Below are positions 1 through 10,878 of a stretch of DNA of 64,000 nt, piece after piece. Source of the stretch: an uncultured Pseudomonadota bacterium (GTDB taxonomy: Bacteria; Oederibacteriota; Muellerivitia; Muellerivitales; Muellerivitaceae). A program made the translations under genes and the position numbers. Position 1 is the stretch's first letter. Each line of letters begins with the position of its first letter. The stretch is from positions 64,001 to 128,000 of the forward strand of contig CAWIIP010000004.1 of the NCBI GenBank assembly GCA_963836235.1, given 5' to 3'. The notes under the pieces are model-generated. The model was not told where the DNA came from, ran no database searches, and was given only the letters and a program-made list of their open reading frames with translations.

Positions 1-2
1 TC

Positions 3-2015
3 CCGCCCGGGGGCGGCGCCTTGGACTACTCCACTTACCTGGGTGGTTCCGGATCCGACTACGGTTATGCGATCGCCGTGGACTCTTGCGGGAATCTTTA
101 CGTCACGGGGTCAACTTCCTCCCCCAATTTCCCCTTGCTCAACCCCATCCAAAGTACCCTGGGCTCTGCTTCGGGCGGCAATGCCTTCGTCACTAAGATC
201 AACGCCGGGAGCGCATTGGCATACTCCACTTACCTCGGCGGCAGCGGAAACAATGGGGATATTGGCTATGCCATCGCGGTGGACGACGGCGGTGACGCCT
301 GGGTGACGGGCTCTACGGCTTCGTCCGATTTCCCCATCGTCAACGCCTTTCAGTCCACGTTCGGAGGCAATCAAAACGGCTTTATCACCGAAGTCAACGC
401 GGCTGGCACCGCCTGGGTCTATTCCACCTATCTCGGCGGCTTGTCGCAAACCAGCTACTTAACCTTGCAAACCGGCGGCCACGTATTCGATATTTGCTAC
501 GGCATTGCTTTGGACGGAAGCCAGAACATTTACGTGGCGGGGTACACCACCTCGCCGAACTTTCCCACCCTGAACCCCATCCAACCCACCAACACGAACC
601 CCTTTGGGATGGGTTTCGTGTCCGAGCTGGCCGCCGGGGGGGCGTCGCTGGTCTATTCCACCTATTTGGGGGGGACTGGAGACAGCGCCGTTGGCACCCA
701 GGACGAAGCGAATGGCATCCGGGTCGATGGAAGCGGAAACGCCTATGTGGCGGGCGAAACCGGTTCCTTTGATTTCCCCACGGTCAACCCCCTCCAGTCG
801 ACCGATTTACAACCAAAGGCGAAAGGGAACAACACCACTTTCGTGACCATAGTGGCCGCCCAGGGAACGTCCTATCTTTTTTCCACCTACTGGGGCGGCT
901 CGATTGAAGATGGGGCTGAGGCCCTGGCATTGGATCCGGCGAACAATATCTACGTCGCGGGCTATAGCTTTTCCAACGATTTCCCCGTGACGAACGCTCT
1001 CCAGGCGGGTTTGGCAGGGGTCATTGATGCCGTTATTTTTAAGATCGCCCAGTCCCCCTCCACCGCGACGGGCACGAATCCGGTGGTGCGGGTTGGCTCC
1101 ACCGCTCCATCCCCTCCTATCACGACAGTGGGGCAGGGGGCCACCAACGTGCCGGTATTGCAGGTGAGCGTTTCCAACCAAAGCGTGGAAACGGTGCAAT
1201 TGACTGGTGCGACCTTGACCGAATCGGGGACAGGTCTTGCCGCAACGGGAATCGCCTCCTTAACGGTTTATGTGATCGTAGGCGGGTCACCCGTGTCTAT
1301 AGGGCAGGTTTCCTCGCCTTTTTCCTTGTCCAACAGTACAACGGTGCCCCTGCCCAACCTTAATCTTCCTCCCTCATCCGCCCAGACCATCCTGGTGACT
1401 TTTAACTTCAGTCCCGCGGCTTCCCTGGGCACTTATACTTTAAGCCTCGCCAATTCCTGCGCATTATCCGGCCAGGGCTTGACCTCGGGCAAGGGCATCC
1501 AATCGACGGGAGCACCGGTGAACGGGGCGGTCTTGACGGTGGTCCCACCCACGGCCACTTTCACCGCGACCTCCACCCCCACGGCGACGAGCACTCCCTC
1601 CACCATGGCAACGCCTACCCGCACTTATACTCCGTCTTCCACTCCCACCTTCACCCCTACGGTTACCATCACATCGACGGCTACTCCCACCCCAACCCAT
1701 TCCCCCACGGCCACGCCCGTGGTCAACTCCGTCACCATCGGCTACCCTTACCCCGACCCCGTCACCGGCCCCGGGGTTGTTTCCATGCCCGTCACCGCCC
1801 CCGCGGGTTCCACCGCCCATTGGGCCGTCTTTACGGTGGGTTTCCGGAAAGTTTATGAGAATACCCAAAACCTCCCCGGTACCAGTGGCACCTTGTCCTG
1901 GAACCAGGAGGACAGCTGGGGTTCCCCCGTGTCCAACGGGCTTTATTACATCCGCGTTGAGGTTGCGGGACAGGATTCCGGTACGAAAATTGTGAAGGTC
2001 CTGGTGATCCGGTAA
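3..2015 (+). CDS. Secreted SBBP beta-propeller repeat protein with Ig-like domain, Thr/Pro linker and T9SS-CTD/FlgD-like C-terminus (5' truncated)
   Basis: Frame is open from base 3. Repeated YSTYLGGSG.D.(G/A)..IAVD..GN.YVTG.T.S..FP units, then a (TP)n linker and C-terminal YPDP...W...VSNGLYY...KVLVIR. Confidence 0.85.
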   Translation, partial: PPGGGALDYSTYLGGSGSDYGYAIAVDSCGNLYVTGSTSSPNFPLLNPIQSTLGSASGGNAFVTKINAGSALAYSTYLGGSGNNGDIGYAIAVDDGGDAWVTGSTASSDFPIVNAFQSTFGGNQNGFITEVNAAGTAWVYSTYLGGLSQTSYLTLQTGGHVFDICYGIALDGSQNIYVAGYTTSPNFPTLNPIQPTNTNPFGMGFVSELAAGGASLVYSTYLGGTGDSAVGTQDEANGIRVDGSGNAYVAGETGSFDFPTVNPLQSTDLQPKAKGNNTTFVTIVAAQGTSYLFSTYWGGSIEDGAEALALDPANNIYVAGYSFSNDFPVTNALQAGLAGVIDAVIFKIAQSPSTATGTNPVVRVGSTAPSPPITTVGQGATNVPVLQVSVSNQSVETVQLTGATLTESGTGLAATGIASLTVYVIVGGSPVSIGQVSSPFSLSNSTTVPLPNLNLPPSSAQTILVTFNFSPAASLGTYTLSLANSCALSGQGLTSGKGIQSTGAPVNGAVLTVVPPTATFTATSTPTATSTPSTMATPTRTYTPSSTPTFTPTVTITSTATPTPTHSPTATPVVNSVTIGYPYPDPVTGPGVVSMPVTAPAGSTAHWAVFTVGFRKVYENTQNLPGTSGTLSWNQEDSWGSPVSNGLYYIRVEVAGQDSGTKIVKVLVIR

Positions 2016-2590
2016 AGTCCTAAATGGATCATTTAAAATCAAAAACTTTACCCTGTAAAAAACGCAACTCAACCACTTCAAAAACAGAGGCCGCCTTCGG
2101 GGATAAGTTCAATCATTTCACTTCCTTCTTTGGTAAGCGGGATAGAGGAGGTGGAGGGGTGCTGAAGTTGAACCTCCTACGATGCTAGGAATGCACATTA
2201 TCGGTTCCCATTAAATGTTCCTGGGGTATCCCAGTGGGTGGGAAAGGGAATCTGTAAAATTACCGATTTCTTTCCTTTTTACCCTTGGAGGACCACGGGA
2301 TTTTTGGCGTAGCCTGCCTGTCGAGTTTCCAGGTAGTCGCATAGGATCAAAACTTTCGCTAAACGTTCTAATGAATTTTCAAAACAGACGTCAGTTTTAT
2401 TAATAAATAAAATCAGAATAAATCCGCCTGCCTTTACCGCATCTTTACCATCCCAAACCCATTTTTAAATGGGATGAGAGATAAAATTTAGTAAACCAAC
2501 CACAGCTTTCTATGCCCTTGGAAGATTTGGAGAGTTGGACAAAATTAATGCGGATGCGAAAACCGATTGAAGTCGGTTGAGAGAGATATT

Positions 2591-5500
2591 ATGTACGACG
2601 AAAAGAAGCTTAAAACTACTTCCGTTGAAGGCGAAGTTTTTCCTACTGAAAAATATTTTCTTCATGCTCCTGAAAAGGGCAGGCCAGTTTTTGCGAGTCG
2701 ATTGAAAGCCCAGCCGATTCCTAAACCGAAGCTTTCCTTGATCCCCGAGAACTTACTTCAAGGCCGAATTTTAACGAATGTTTTTTGGATAAGACTGGCC
2801 GTGTTTTCCACCCTCTTTTTCCTGGCAACCTGCGGGAACTTGTTCGCCCAAGGTTGGTCAACCGTGGGATCCAAATGCTTCAGCCCGGGAGCGGCGTACC
2901 AACAATCGCTCGCGGGCTGCAATGGCAATCTATATTTAGCTTTTTACGACGCTGCGAACCCCGGCCTAAGCGTTCAGACCTACAACGGAAGCGGTTGGGT
3001 ATACGTGGGGTCCCCAGGTTTCGGGAACATGACCACAAGCGTTCGCAATTCCGCGACCGGGTATCCCGAATTGGTGTTAGATCCCGTCTCGTGCCAGCCT
3101 TACGTGGTTTTTTTGGACAACACGACGAATGTTGTCACGGTCGAAACGTTCACAGGGGGCACTTGGGTTAAACTTGGAACCGTCAACGCGGCAACAGACT
3201 ATGGCCCCTCGCTTGTTATCTACAACGGCACTCCCTATGTATCTTTTGGGAGCGGAGGATCCGAATACGTCGAGAAATGGAATGGAACCAGTTGGGTTAT
3301 TGTTGGAAGCCCCATCCCCGTCGGGGACAGCACCACTCAAACTTCACTCGCGGTCGATCCCGCCACGGGTACGCTTTACTTAACCTATGGAACGGGCCCC
3401 AGTCCCGTTTGGAAATTTAACGGGACGAGTTGGGTTCAAGTCGGAAACAACGTTTCCTTTTCCAATGGAATCCTGGGTAATAAAGCCCTGCAGATTTGTG
3501 GTGGCGAGCCTTACCTTGTCTATGAAACGAGCGCTGGCGGCGGCGGTGGAGGCGCCGGCAATCGACAGGTATATGTTCAGACGTTTAACGGGACGAGTTG
3601 GGTTACTTTGGGGGGTGGGTCTATTTCTTCCGATGATATCGAATGGCCAAGCCTGGCCTTCTGTACCCAGTGCGGAACTTGTGTTCCCTTTGTGTCCGTT
3701 GACGAGGAGACCGCCCTCACCGTAGGGGTCTACGAGTTCCTGAGTGGTTCTTGGATCAATATCGGGGCTCTTCCCCAAGGTTCGGGGGATGTGGAATACA
3801 CATCCCTTTATCTTGACGCCAACTGCAAGGGCTATGTCGCTTTTATGGATGCCACTTGTAGCAATCAGAACACCGTTTATTCATCGCCGTTTCCGTTGGT
3901 TTGTCCGAGCACGCCCACGCCCACGCGCACGACCACGTTCACACCCACGCGTACGGCCACGCGTACACCCACATTCACGACTACGTCCACGATCACATCC
4001 TCAACCACCGCCACGACCACCGCCACGACCACAAACTCGGCCACCGCCGTATTCACAACCACACCCACCAATACCCCGACCCTGATACCTACTCACACCG
4101 CTACCGCGGTGCCTCCAACCCTTACGCCCACCTACACCCCTAGTCCGCTACCGACGGCCACCGCTATCGCGCATGCGCCCACCTCGACACCCACGAATAC
4201 CTCTACTGCTTTAAGCACGGCCATTGCTTCCGCTGTGACGGGCCCCAGCGATACCCCCACAATCGATCCTACGCCAGTGAACACCTCTGTGGCTTCCGCT
4301 GTGACAGGCCCCAGTGACACACCTACCATTGACCCGACACCGGTAAATACGATTGTGTCTACAGTAGTGACAGGGCCTACGGATACGCCGACCACAGACC
4401 CCACCCCGGTGAATACGATTGTGTCTACGGTAGTGACGGGTCCTACCAATACGCCGACGATTGACCCTACGCCGGCGACCACAATTGTGTCCACGGTGGT
4501 GACAGGACCCACAAATACACCGACCACAGACCCGACACCGGCGAATACCAGCGTTTCTACGGTAGGAACGGGTCCTACTAACACACCGACGATTGACCCG
4601 ACGCCAGCGAATACTACGGTTTCAACCGTTGGGACGGGACCAACTAATACGGCGACCATTGATCCGACACCGGCGAATACGAGCGTGTCTACGGTTGGAA
4701 CGGGTCCTACCAACACACCGACGATTGACCCGACACCGGCAAGCACTACGGTTTCTACGGTTGGGACAGGGCCAACCAATACGCCGACCATTGATCCCAC
4801 GCCTGCGAATACGAGCGTGTCAACAGTCGGGATACACTCTACCAATACACCGACTATCGACCCAACTCCGGAAAGTACTAGCGTGTCTACGGTTGGAGCG
4901 GGTTCTACCGACACACCGACGATTGACCCGACACCAGCGAGTACCAAGGTTTCAACAGTTGGGACGGGACCTACCAATACACCCGTGAATACCTTGACGA
5001 CAGTAACCACGGTCGTATCTACGGTTATAACCGGGCCTACAAACACGCCTACTATCGACCCGACACCGGCGAATACGAGCGTGTCGACGGTTGGAACGGG
5101 TCCAACCAACACACCGACGATTGACCCGACTCCAGCGAACACAACGCTTTCAACAGTTGGGACAGGACCTACCAATACACCCGTGAATACCTTGACGGCG
5201 GTGAACACGGTCGTATCTACGGTTGTAATTGGGCCTACAAACACGCCTACCATTGACCCGACGCCAGTGAATACTGCCATATCCACGGTTCAAGCGGGCC
5301 CTACCGATACACCCACCATTGACCCAACACCGGTAAATACGATTGTGTCCACAGTGGTGACGGGGCCAACGAATACTGTCACTGACACATTTACTCCGGT
5401 GGATACCGTTGTTTCAACGGTTGGAGCTATGGCCACCAATACTCCAACCAACAGCTTCACGCCAATGAACACCCCAACGGTCACCAACACTCATATCCCA

Positions 5501-6949
5501 ACAAGCACCCCGGTCGCGACTGATACGGCGACGTCTACCGACACAGGTGTTCCCACCCGAACCTACACGGATACGCCTACGCCAGCCTTCACCTTCACTA
5601 TTACCAATACGCCGACTATCACCTTTACGGTGACGCCGACTCCCACTTTCCAAGTGACGATGAATAAGATGGTGTCTTCCGCCGCGGCGGAATCGGGGAA
5701 CATCCTGACTTATTTCTTGAACCTGGTCGTGACGGGCAATACGGCTTCCGGAGTGGTGGTGACGGACACCCTTCCGGCCAATGTGACTTACGTTGGTTCC
5801 GGGCCTAACAACCCTTCAACCCTCCCCACGCCGCTGGTGAATAGTACGCTGGATCAATTGACCTGGGTTTTGCCCCTCCTCAATCCAGGGACTTACCAGC
5901 TTAGATATCAAACCCAAGTTAATAATTTCCTGGCGAATGGGACCCAAATCCTTAACCAAGCGGTCATGACCTATCCGGGATCGGTTCCGGTGACGAGCGT
6001 GGTGCCCGTGGTGGTGGTGGCCAATGACGTCGTGATCATCGCGGTGTACAACGAGGCGGGTGAACTGGTGAATCAGATATACACGAATAACGAATCCCAA
6101 CCCCTCCAGACCGTTTCTATCGGAGGCAACAGCGACGTGACGTCCATCAACGGCCCGGGCGGGGCGGTAACGGTTTATTACGCGGGCACGGCGGTCGCGG
6201 TTTGGAACGGGGCTAATGCCAACGGAACGCCGGCTTCCAATGGCACCTACTTCCTTAAAGTGGACAATATCAACAGTAGTGGCGCGGTATCCAGCGAAAC
6301 CCTTCCGGTGGTCGTAACCCGAGCCCTCTATCAGATAACGGCCTTGATTTACAACGAAGCGGGGGAGGTCATGCGGCACCTTTATGCCTATGTTTCCAAT
6401 ATCGGGCAGACTACCGTTACCGGTATGAGCCTTTCCACTTCGACGATAGCCCCCTCCGAGACGGGGTTGGGAGGAGGCGCGCCATCCCAATTGGAGATCC
6501 TCTTAAGCAACGGGACCACGATTATTTGGGACGGGAGGAGCGACAACGGAAACTTCGTGCAAAGCGGCCAGTATATCGTGGAAGTCAATAACCAAGACGC
6601 CGGCATGGGCACGGGGACACTCCTCATCCAACACGTGTTCGTGGATGACCGCAACAGCTCCGCCGGGGCGGGGGTGATCACCGCCTGGCCGAATATTTTG
6701 AAAGCTTCAAGTGGCTCAATGGTAACGACCTTCCATACAAACTCCTCCTTAAGCCTGACCCTGAACCTGTCCATTTATACGGTAACAGGTGAACTGGTTC
6801 ATGTAAGCAATGGCAGCCAAGGAGGCAGTCAGGTCGCATGGGATGCCACCGGGTTGGCCAGTGGAATCTATATCGCCTCCGTGGAAGAGCTGGACGCCAG
6901 GGGTGGTTTGCTGAACCGCCAGACGGTCAAAATCGCGATCATCCACTGA
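2591..6949 (+). CDS. Large secreted protein: Cys-containing W..(V/L)G propeller-like domain, 22-aa Thr/Pro tandem repeats, DUF11, two FlgD-like Ig domains and T9SS-CTD-like domain
   Basis: 1460-aa ORF (ATG 2591 preferred over TTG 2567; start uncertain). Signal-like segment ...LFFLATCGNLFAQ; (W/F)NGTSWV..G repeats; DUF11 motif [14 protein letters not shown]; YNEAGE twice; WPN...IYTVTGELV...ASGIY...KIAIIH. Confidence 0.85.
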   Translation: MYDEKKLKTTSVEGEVFPTEKYFLHAPEKGRPVFASRLKAQPIPKPKLSLIPENLLQGRILTNVFWIRLAVFSTLFFLATCGNLFAQGWSTVGSKCFSPGAAYQQSLAGCNGNLYLAFYDAANPGLSVQTYNGSGWVYVGSPGFGNMTTSVRNSATGYPELVLDPVSCQPYVVFLDNTTNVVTVETFTGGTWVKLGTVNAATDYGPSLVIYNGTPYVSFGSGGSEYVEKWNGTSWVIVGSPIPVGDSTTQTSLAVDPATGTLYLTYGTGPSPVWKFNGTSWVQVGNNVSFSNGILGNKALQICGGEPYLVYETSAGGGGGGAGNRQVYVQTFNGTSWVTLGGGSISSDDIEWPSLAFCTQCGTCVPFVSVDEETALTVGVYEFLSGSWINIGALPQGSGDVEYTSLYLDANCKGYVAFMDATCSNQNTVYSSPFPLVCPSTPTPTRTTTFTPTRTATRTPTFTTTSTITSSTTATTTATTTNSATAVFTTTPTNTPTLIPTHTATAVPPTLTPTYTPSPLPTATAIAHAPTSTPTNTSTALSTAIASAVTGPSDTPTIDPTPVNTSVASAVTGPSDTPTIDPTPVNTIVSTVVTGPTDTPTTDPTPVNTIVSTVVTGPTNTPTIDPTPATTIVSTVVTGPTNTPTTDPTPANTSVSTVGTGPTNTPTIDPTPANTTVSTVGTGPTNTATIDPTPANTSVSTVGTGPTNTPTIDPTPASTTVSTVGTGPTNTPTIDPTPANTSVSTVGIHSTNTPTIDPTPESTSVSTVGAGSTDTPTIDPTPASTKVSTVGTGPTNTPVNTLTTVTTVVSTVITGPTNTPTIDPTPANTSVSTVGTGPTNTPTIDPTPANTTLSTVGTGPTNTPVNTLTAVNTVVSTVVIGPTNTPTIDPTPVNTAISTVQAGPTDTPTIDPTPVNTIVSTVVTGPTNTVTDTFTPVDTVVSTVGAMATNTPTNSFTPMNTPTVTNTHIPTSTPVATDTATSTDTGVPTRTYTDTPTPAFTFTITNTPTITFTVTPTPTFQVTMNKMVSSAAAESGNILTYFLNLVVTGNTASGVVVTDTLPANVTYVGSGPNNPSTLPTPLVNSTLDQLTWVLPLLNPGTYQLRYQTQVNNFLANGTQILNQAVMTYPGSVPVTSVVPVVVVANDVVIIAVYNEAGELVNQIYTNNESQPLQTVSIGGNSDVTSINGPGGAVTVYYAGTAVAVWNGANANGTPASNGTYFLKVDNINSSGAVSSETLPVVVTRALYQITALIYNEAGEVMRHLYAYVSNIGQTTVTGMSLSTSTIAPSETGLGGGAPSQLEILLSNGTTIIWDGRSDNGNFVQSGQYIVEVNNQDAGMGTGTLLIQHVFVDDRNSSAGAGVITAWPNILKASSGSMVTTFHTNSSLSLTLNLSIYTVTGELVHVSNGSQGGSQVAWDATGLASGIYIASVEELDARGGLLNRQTVKIAIIH
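4238..5425 (+). repeat. Intragenic 66-bp tandem repeat, 18 copies, consensus peptide TGPTNTPTIDPTPANTSVSTVG
   Basis: Counted in the translation; copies are contiguous and vary mainly at third codon positions. Confidence 0.95.
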
Positions 6950-7000
6950 AATTCCAAAATTCGTAAGTTGATTTGGAAGTTTGATTTCAATTGGCTTGAT

Positions 7001-7324
7001 TTAAACCAGCGCCTTTTCCCGCCGTTTTGAGGCTCTTTTTCTTTGGTGGGGTGTTGGGACGGGTACCTGGGCGGGGATGACGGGTTGCGGGGGCTGGATC
7101 ATCGCCTCCGGCTCCTCTTCCGGCAACCGATTCTTCCATGCCTTCCAGAACAACCCTACCTCAAAAGCCAGCATGGCCAAGATCATCAGAATGGATAAAG
7201 CCATCGAGAGATGAACCGAGTCGGGGCCGGTCGTTTCGGCGGCAAAAGCCGATGAGGTCCAAAAACCAAACATCGCCAATCGACTGCCAATGGTGAACCG
7301 CGACCTTGAAAGAATTCTTCCCAT
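7001..7324 (-). CDS. Small hypothetical membrane protein
   Basis: GGAGGT SD before ATG at 7324; signal-like segment (SSAFA), one TM helix, Pro-rich then basic tail. Confidence 0.55.
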   Translation of the reverse strand: MGRILSRSRFTIGSRLAMFGFWTSSAFAAETTGPDSVHLSMALSILMILAMLAFEVGLFWKAWKNRLPEEEPEAMIQPPQPVIPAQVPVPTPHQRKRASKRREKALV

Positions 7325-7700
7325 GCCCGCACCTCCGATTCTGTGATTTTGCATTTTTGATTTTTTTGATTATGGAGAGGGAAGCGGATAAATTGAAAGG
7401 CCGGCTCGGAAAAATTCCCAGGGAAAATTGCGTCCATAAAACCGATTTCCGTTTGAGGAAAAAACTTGCTAAAAATGAATCGTTAAAACCAAATTGATTT
7501 TTGGTGAAATTTTTTTATGCTGATCCAAGAAAATGGTCCCCGCCTCATTTTGGATTAGAGTAATCGAAGAACCTGAATTGCGAGTATCCGGGGTTGAAAA
7601 AACAAGAATGCTGGACAAGGATATATTAGTTATTCAACTCTCTACCAAACCAAACCAAGGATCCAAAAGAAATAATCTTCACGATGGATCAGGAGGCCAA

Positions 7701-8132
7701 ATGCCCGCGACCCAGGAAGAAAAGACCAAACACGTTGAAATACTGCTTGCGGAGGACAATCCCACTGACGCCTATCTCATCCGGGAGCTCCTCAAACGCA
7801 GCAAATATTCGGTCCACTTGTCGGTGGTTTACAACGGGGCGAAGGCATTGGCCTACCTCCAACACGAAGGCCCTTACCTCGGCGCGCCCGATCCGGACCT
7901 GGTCCTGCTTGATTTGGATCTGCCGAAAATAACCGGGTGGGATGTGCTCGGGAATATGAAGCAGGACCCCCAGATGAGCCAAATCCCGGTGCTGGTAGTT
8001 ACCGCCTCCGACAGCGAAAAGGACAAATGGCGGGCCCACGCCTTGGGGGCGGATGAGTACCTGGTTAAACCGATGAATATGTTCGAGTTTCCCAGCCTGG
8101 TCTGGACCGTCGACCGGCTGGTGGGGGATTGA
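7701..8132 (+). CDS. Single-domain response regulator (Rcp1/CheY-like receiver)
   Basis: AGGAGG SD before ATG 7701; ILLAEDN, PDLVLLDLDLPK..G, VVTAS, GADEYLVKP motifs. Confidence 0.9.
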   Translation: MPATQEEKTKHVEILLAEDNPTDAYLIRELLKRSKYSVHLSVVYNGAKALAYLQHEGPYLGAPDPDLVLLDLDLPKITGWDVLGNMKQDPQMSQIPVLVVTASDSEKDKWRAHALGADEYLVKPMNMFEFPSLVWTVDRLVGD

Positions 8133-8187
8133 TTCCAAGCTCGGGACGGCCTGGTCTTTGTGACTTAACCGGATTAGGGAACCGGAA

Positions 8188-8754
8188 TTATTCCTTCCAA
8201 CCCGCGGGTTTTTCACAGGCTCTCACGAAATTTCCGCTCTTGTCGATCAAAAACCACTTTCCCCCTTCACGCACTACGGCTTGATCTTTCGCGCTGTAGC
8301 CAAAAGGGCCGGCGGTGTCATATTGGAAAGGGATGATGGTTTTGCCGGTTTTATCGATGTATCCCCATTTTTTATTCAATTGGGCCGGGGCCAAGCCCTC
8401 TGCAAAACTTTGAACAAAGTCATAAATGGGCTCAAAGGGAAACTTCCCGCTGGGATCGATAAAGCCGCATCGGGATCCCTTGTCTTTCTGCCGCTCGATC
8501 GCCGCGAGCCCTTCCGTGAAATCGGAAACATTCGCGAAAGTTTCATCCGTTATTTTTTTGCCCTCTTTGTCCACCAGCATGAACTTGCCGTATTCGCCAT
8601 CCCAATAGGCGCCGACATCCTCCACGGGTTTGGGGGCCGCCTCCAGGGGTTTTCGTGTCACTCCGGAAAATTGATCGATGACCGTTTCGATACCCCTGGT
8701 ATTGACGCCAAACAATCTCAATATTTCCAAAAACAAATTTGTCTTCGATTCCAT
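8188..8754 (-). CDS. WG/KWG repeat-containing protein
   Basis: F.EGLA...KWGYIDKTGK.IIP.QYD repeats. Confidence 0.85.
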   Translation of the reverse strand: MESKTNLFLEILRLFGVNTRGIETVIDQFSGVTRKPLEAAPKPVEDVGAYWDGEYGKFMLVDKEGKKITDETFANVSDFTEGLAAIERQKDKGSRCGFIDPSGKFPFEPIYDFVQSFAEGLAPAQLNKKWGYIDKTGKTIIPFQYDTAGPFGYSAKDQAVVREGGKWFLIDKSGNFVRACEKPAGWKE

Positions 8755-8888
8755 TTCTACCCCCTTCTATACTGAATGACTAATAAATTACGCCTAAATT
8801 AAAGCCAAAGGCCTTTTTCGAAAAGCGAAAAAACAGTGCCACCAGTTAACCGATTAGCCTGATTTCAAAATTCTCTTTTGAAGATTAT

Positions 8889-10847
8889 TTATTCATACCT
8901 TAAGGCGTTAATGGGGTTTAGGCGGGAGGCCTTGAAGGCGGGCCAGAAGCCGGCGGCCACACCCACTCCGGCGGAGAAAAGAAACCCTAAGAGAATCGCG
9001 CCCAGCGTCACGGGGGCCTGCCAATCGGCTATCCAGCTGAAAATCACGGCCGCGAGCCAGCCTAAAAGAATGCCGATGACCCCGCCGATGAGGCTGACGA
9101 CCGTGGATTCGATGAGGAACTGAAAGAGGATGTCCCGGCGCTTGGCGCCGAGCGCCTTGCGCAGGCCGATTTCGCGGGTTCTTTCCGTCACCGTCACCAG
9201 CATGATGTTCATGATGCCGATGCCGCCCACCAAGAGGCAGAAAAAGGCGATGCCCAAAATCAGGTAGGAAAGGGTGTTGGCGCTTTGCGACATGGCGTTC
9301 TGGTAGTCGGCCATGTCGTTGATGCGGAAGGCCTTATCCTGGTCGGGGGGGATATGGTGCCGCTGGAGCATGAGGTCCTTGGCGGCGTCCTTGACGGCGG
9401 GGATGTGCTCGGGGGCGTCCACTTCCACGTCGATGACGCCGATGAACTGCTGGCCCAGCACCCGGTACATGGCGGTGGAAACGGGGACCAGGATATTGTC
9501 GTCCGCGTCCCACCAGGCATTGGCGCCTTTTTCCGGCAGGACGCCGATGACCTGGAAATTGATCTTGTTGATCTTGATGTTGGCGCCGATGGGGTTTGCC
9601 TTGCCGAAAAGCTGGCGCACGTTTGTCATGCCCAGGACGGCCACCTTGTTCCTTTGCAGGACGTCGTCCTCGGTGAAAAAGCTCCCGGCGGTGGGGACGG
9701 AGGCCTTTATGGGCGCGAAGGCGGGAGTGGTGCCGATCAAATAAGTGTTCCAGTTCTTGTCGCAATTGACCACCTGCACCTTGCCCCAAACCTCGGGGGC
9801 GGTGCTTTTGACGCCCGAAAGGTAACTGCCGACCGCCTGGCAATCCCCCAGGGTGAGGCGGGTCATGGGGTCCCACCAGCCGAGGGAGACGCCCTTGATG
9901 TTGCGGGTCCCGGACTGGACTTGGACGACGTTGGCGCCCAGAGCGGCGATGGATTTTTGCAGGGATATCTTGGCCCCGGCGCCCATGGCCAGCATGGCGA
10001 TGACCACCATGACCCCGATGAGCACCCCCAAAATGGAAAGGGCGGTCCTCAATTTGTTCGCCTGGAGGGAACGCAGGGCCTGGAGGAAGTACTCGAAATA
10101 TTTTAGGAGGTGAAAGGCGGAGGCGGATTCGAGGGAGCCGACGGCTTGGGCGCTTGGGGAGGCGGGAGGGGGATCGGGGTTCAGTCTTTCGTCCGAATCG
10201 ATTTTTCCGTCCTTGACGTGGATGACGCGGCGGGCCTGGCGGGCGATAGTGGGTTCGTGGGTGACCAGGATGACGGTGATGCCTTCCTGATTCAGTTTTC
10301 GAAGCAGGTCCAGGATATCCAGGGAGCTTTTCGTGTCGAGGTTTCCCGTGGGCTCGTCGGCGAGGATCATGACCGGCCGGTTGACGAGGGAGCGCGCGAT
10401 GGCCACCCTTTGCTGTTGGCCGCCCGATAGCTCGTTGGGCCGGTGGGACGAGCGGGCTTTCAGGCCGACTTCCTCCAGCAATTTCCCCGGGCGTTGGGGA
10501 TCCACCGGGCTGGAGGCGTAAAGCTGGGGCAGAGAGGTATTTTCCAGCGCGGAGGTCCGCGGCAATAGGTTGAACTGCTGGAAGACGAAGCCAATGGTCT
10601 GGCTGCGGATGGAAGCCAGCTCGTCCTCGCTGAGGTTGGCGACTTCCTTGCCCATCAGACGGTAGGAACCGGCGTCGGGCGTGTCGAGGAGGCCTAATAT
10701 ATGAAGAAGAGTGGATTTTCCCGAACCGGACAGGCCCATGATAGCTACGAATTCGCCTTGCTCAATGGACAAGGAAACCCCGTCCAGGGCGCGGACTTCT
10801 TCCGTGCCCATTTGGTAGACCTTCGAGATGTTGGAGATTTGGATCAT
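8889..10847 (-). CDS. macB: MacB-family ABC transporter, ATP-binding/permease fusion (copy 1)
   Basis: Walker [28 protein letters not shown]; FtsX-like [21 protein letters not shown]; ends ALRYE. Confidence 0.92.
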   Translation of the reverse strand: MIQISNISKVYQMGTEEVRALDGVSLSIEQGEFVAIMGLSGSGKSTLLHILGLLDTPDAGSYRLMGKEVANLSEDELASIRSQTIGFVFQQFNLLPRTSALENTSLPQLYASSPVDPQRPGKLLEEVGLKARSSHRPNELSGGQQQRVAIARSLVNRPVMILADEPTGNLDTKSSLDILDLLRKLNQEGITVILVTHEPTIARQARRVIHVKDGKIDSDERLNPDPPPASPSAQAVGSLESASAFHLLKYFEYFLQALRSLQANKLRTALSILGVLIGVMVVIAMLAMGAGAKISLQKSIAALGANVVQVQSGTRNIKGVSLGWWDPMTRLTLGDCQAVGSYLSGVKSTAPEVWGKVQVVNCDKNWNTYLIGTTPAFAPIKASVPTAGSFFTEDDVLQRNKVAVLGMTNVRQLFGKANPIGANIKINKINFQVIGVLPEKGANAWWDADDNILVPVSTAMYRVLGQQFIGVIDVEVDAPEHIPAVKDAAKDLMLQRHHIPPDQDKAFRINDMADYQNAMSQSANTLSYLILGIAFFCLLVGGIGIMNIMLVTVTERTREIGLRKALGAKRRDILFQFLIESTVVSLIGGVIGILLGWLAAVIFSWIADWQAPVTLGAILLGFLFSAGVGVAAGFWPAFKASRLNPINALRYE

Positions 10848-10878
10848 TCCGGGGCTTTCAAGAAAGGTATCCGAGCGC

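Noticed and set aside
4132-5286. 384-aa Val/Gly-rich minus-strand ORF
   Set aside because: Antisense shadow of the Thr/Pro repeat codons
4238-5425. 66-bp periodicity as a CRISPR array
   Set aside because: No unique spacers, variation is codon-structured inside an ORF, and no cas genes are present
7533-7700. 56-aa N-terminal extension on the response regulator
   Set aside because: A strong AGGAGG precedes ATG 7701, and the upstream part is AT-rich promoter-like DNA
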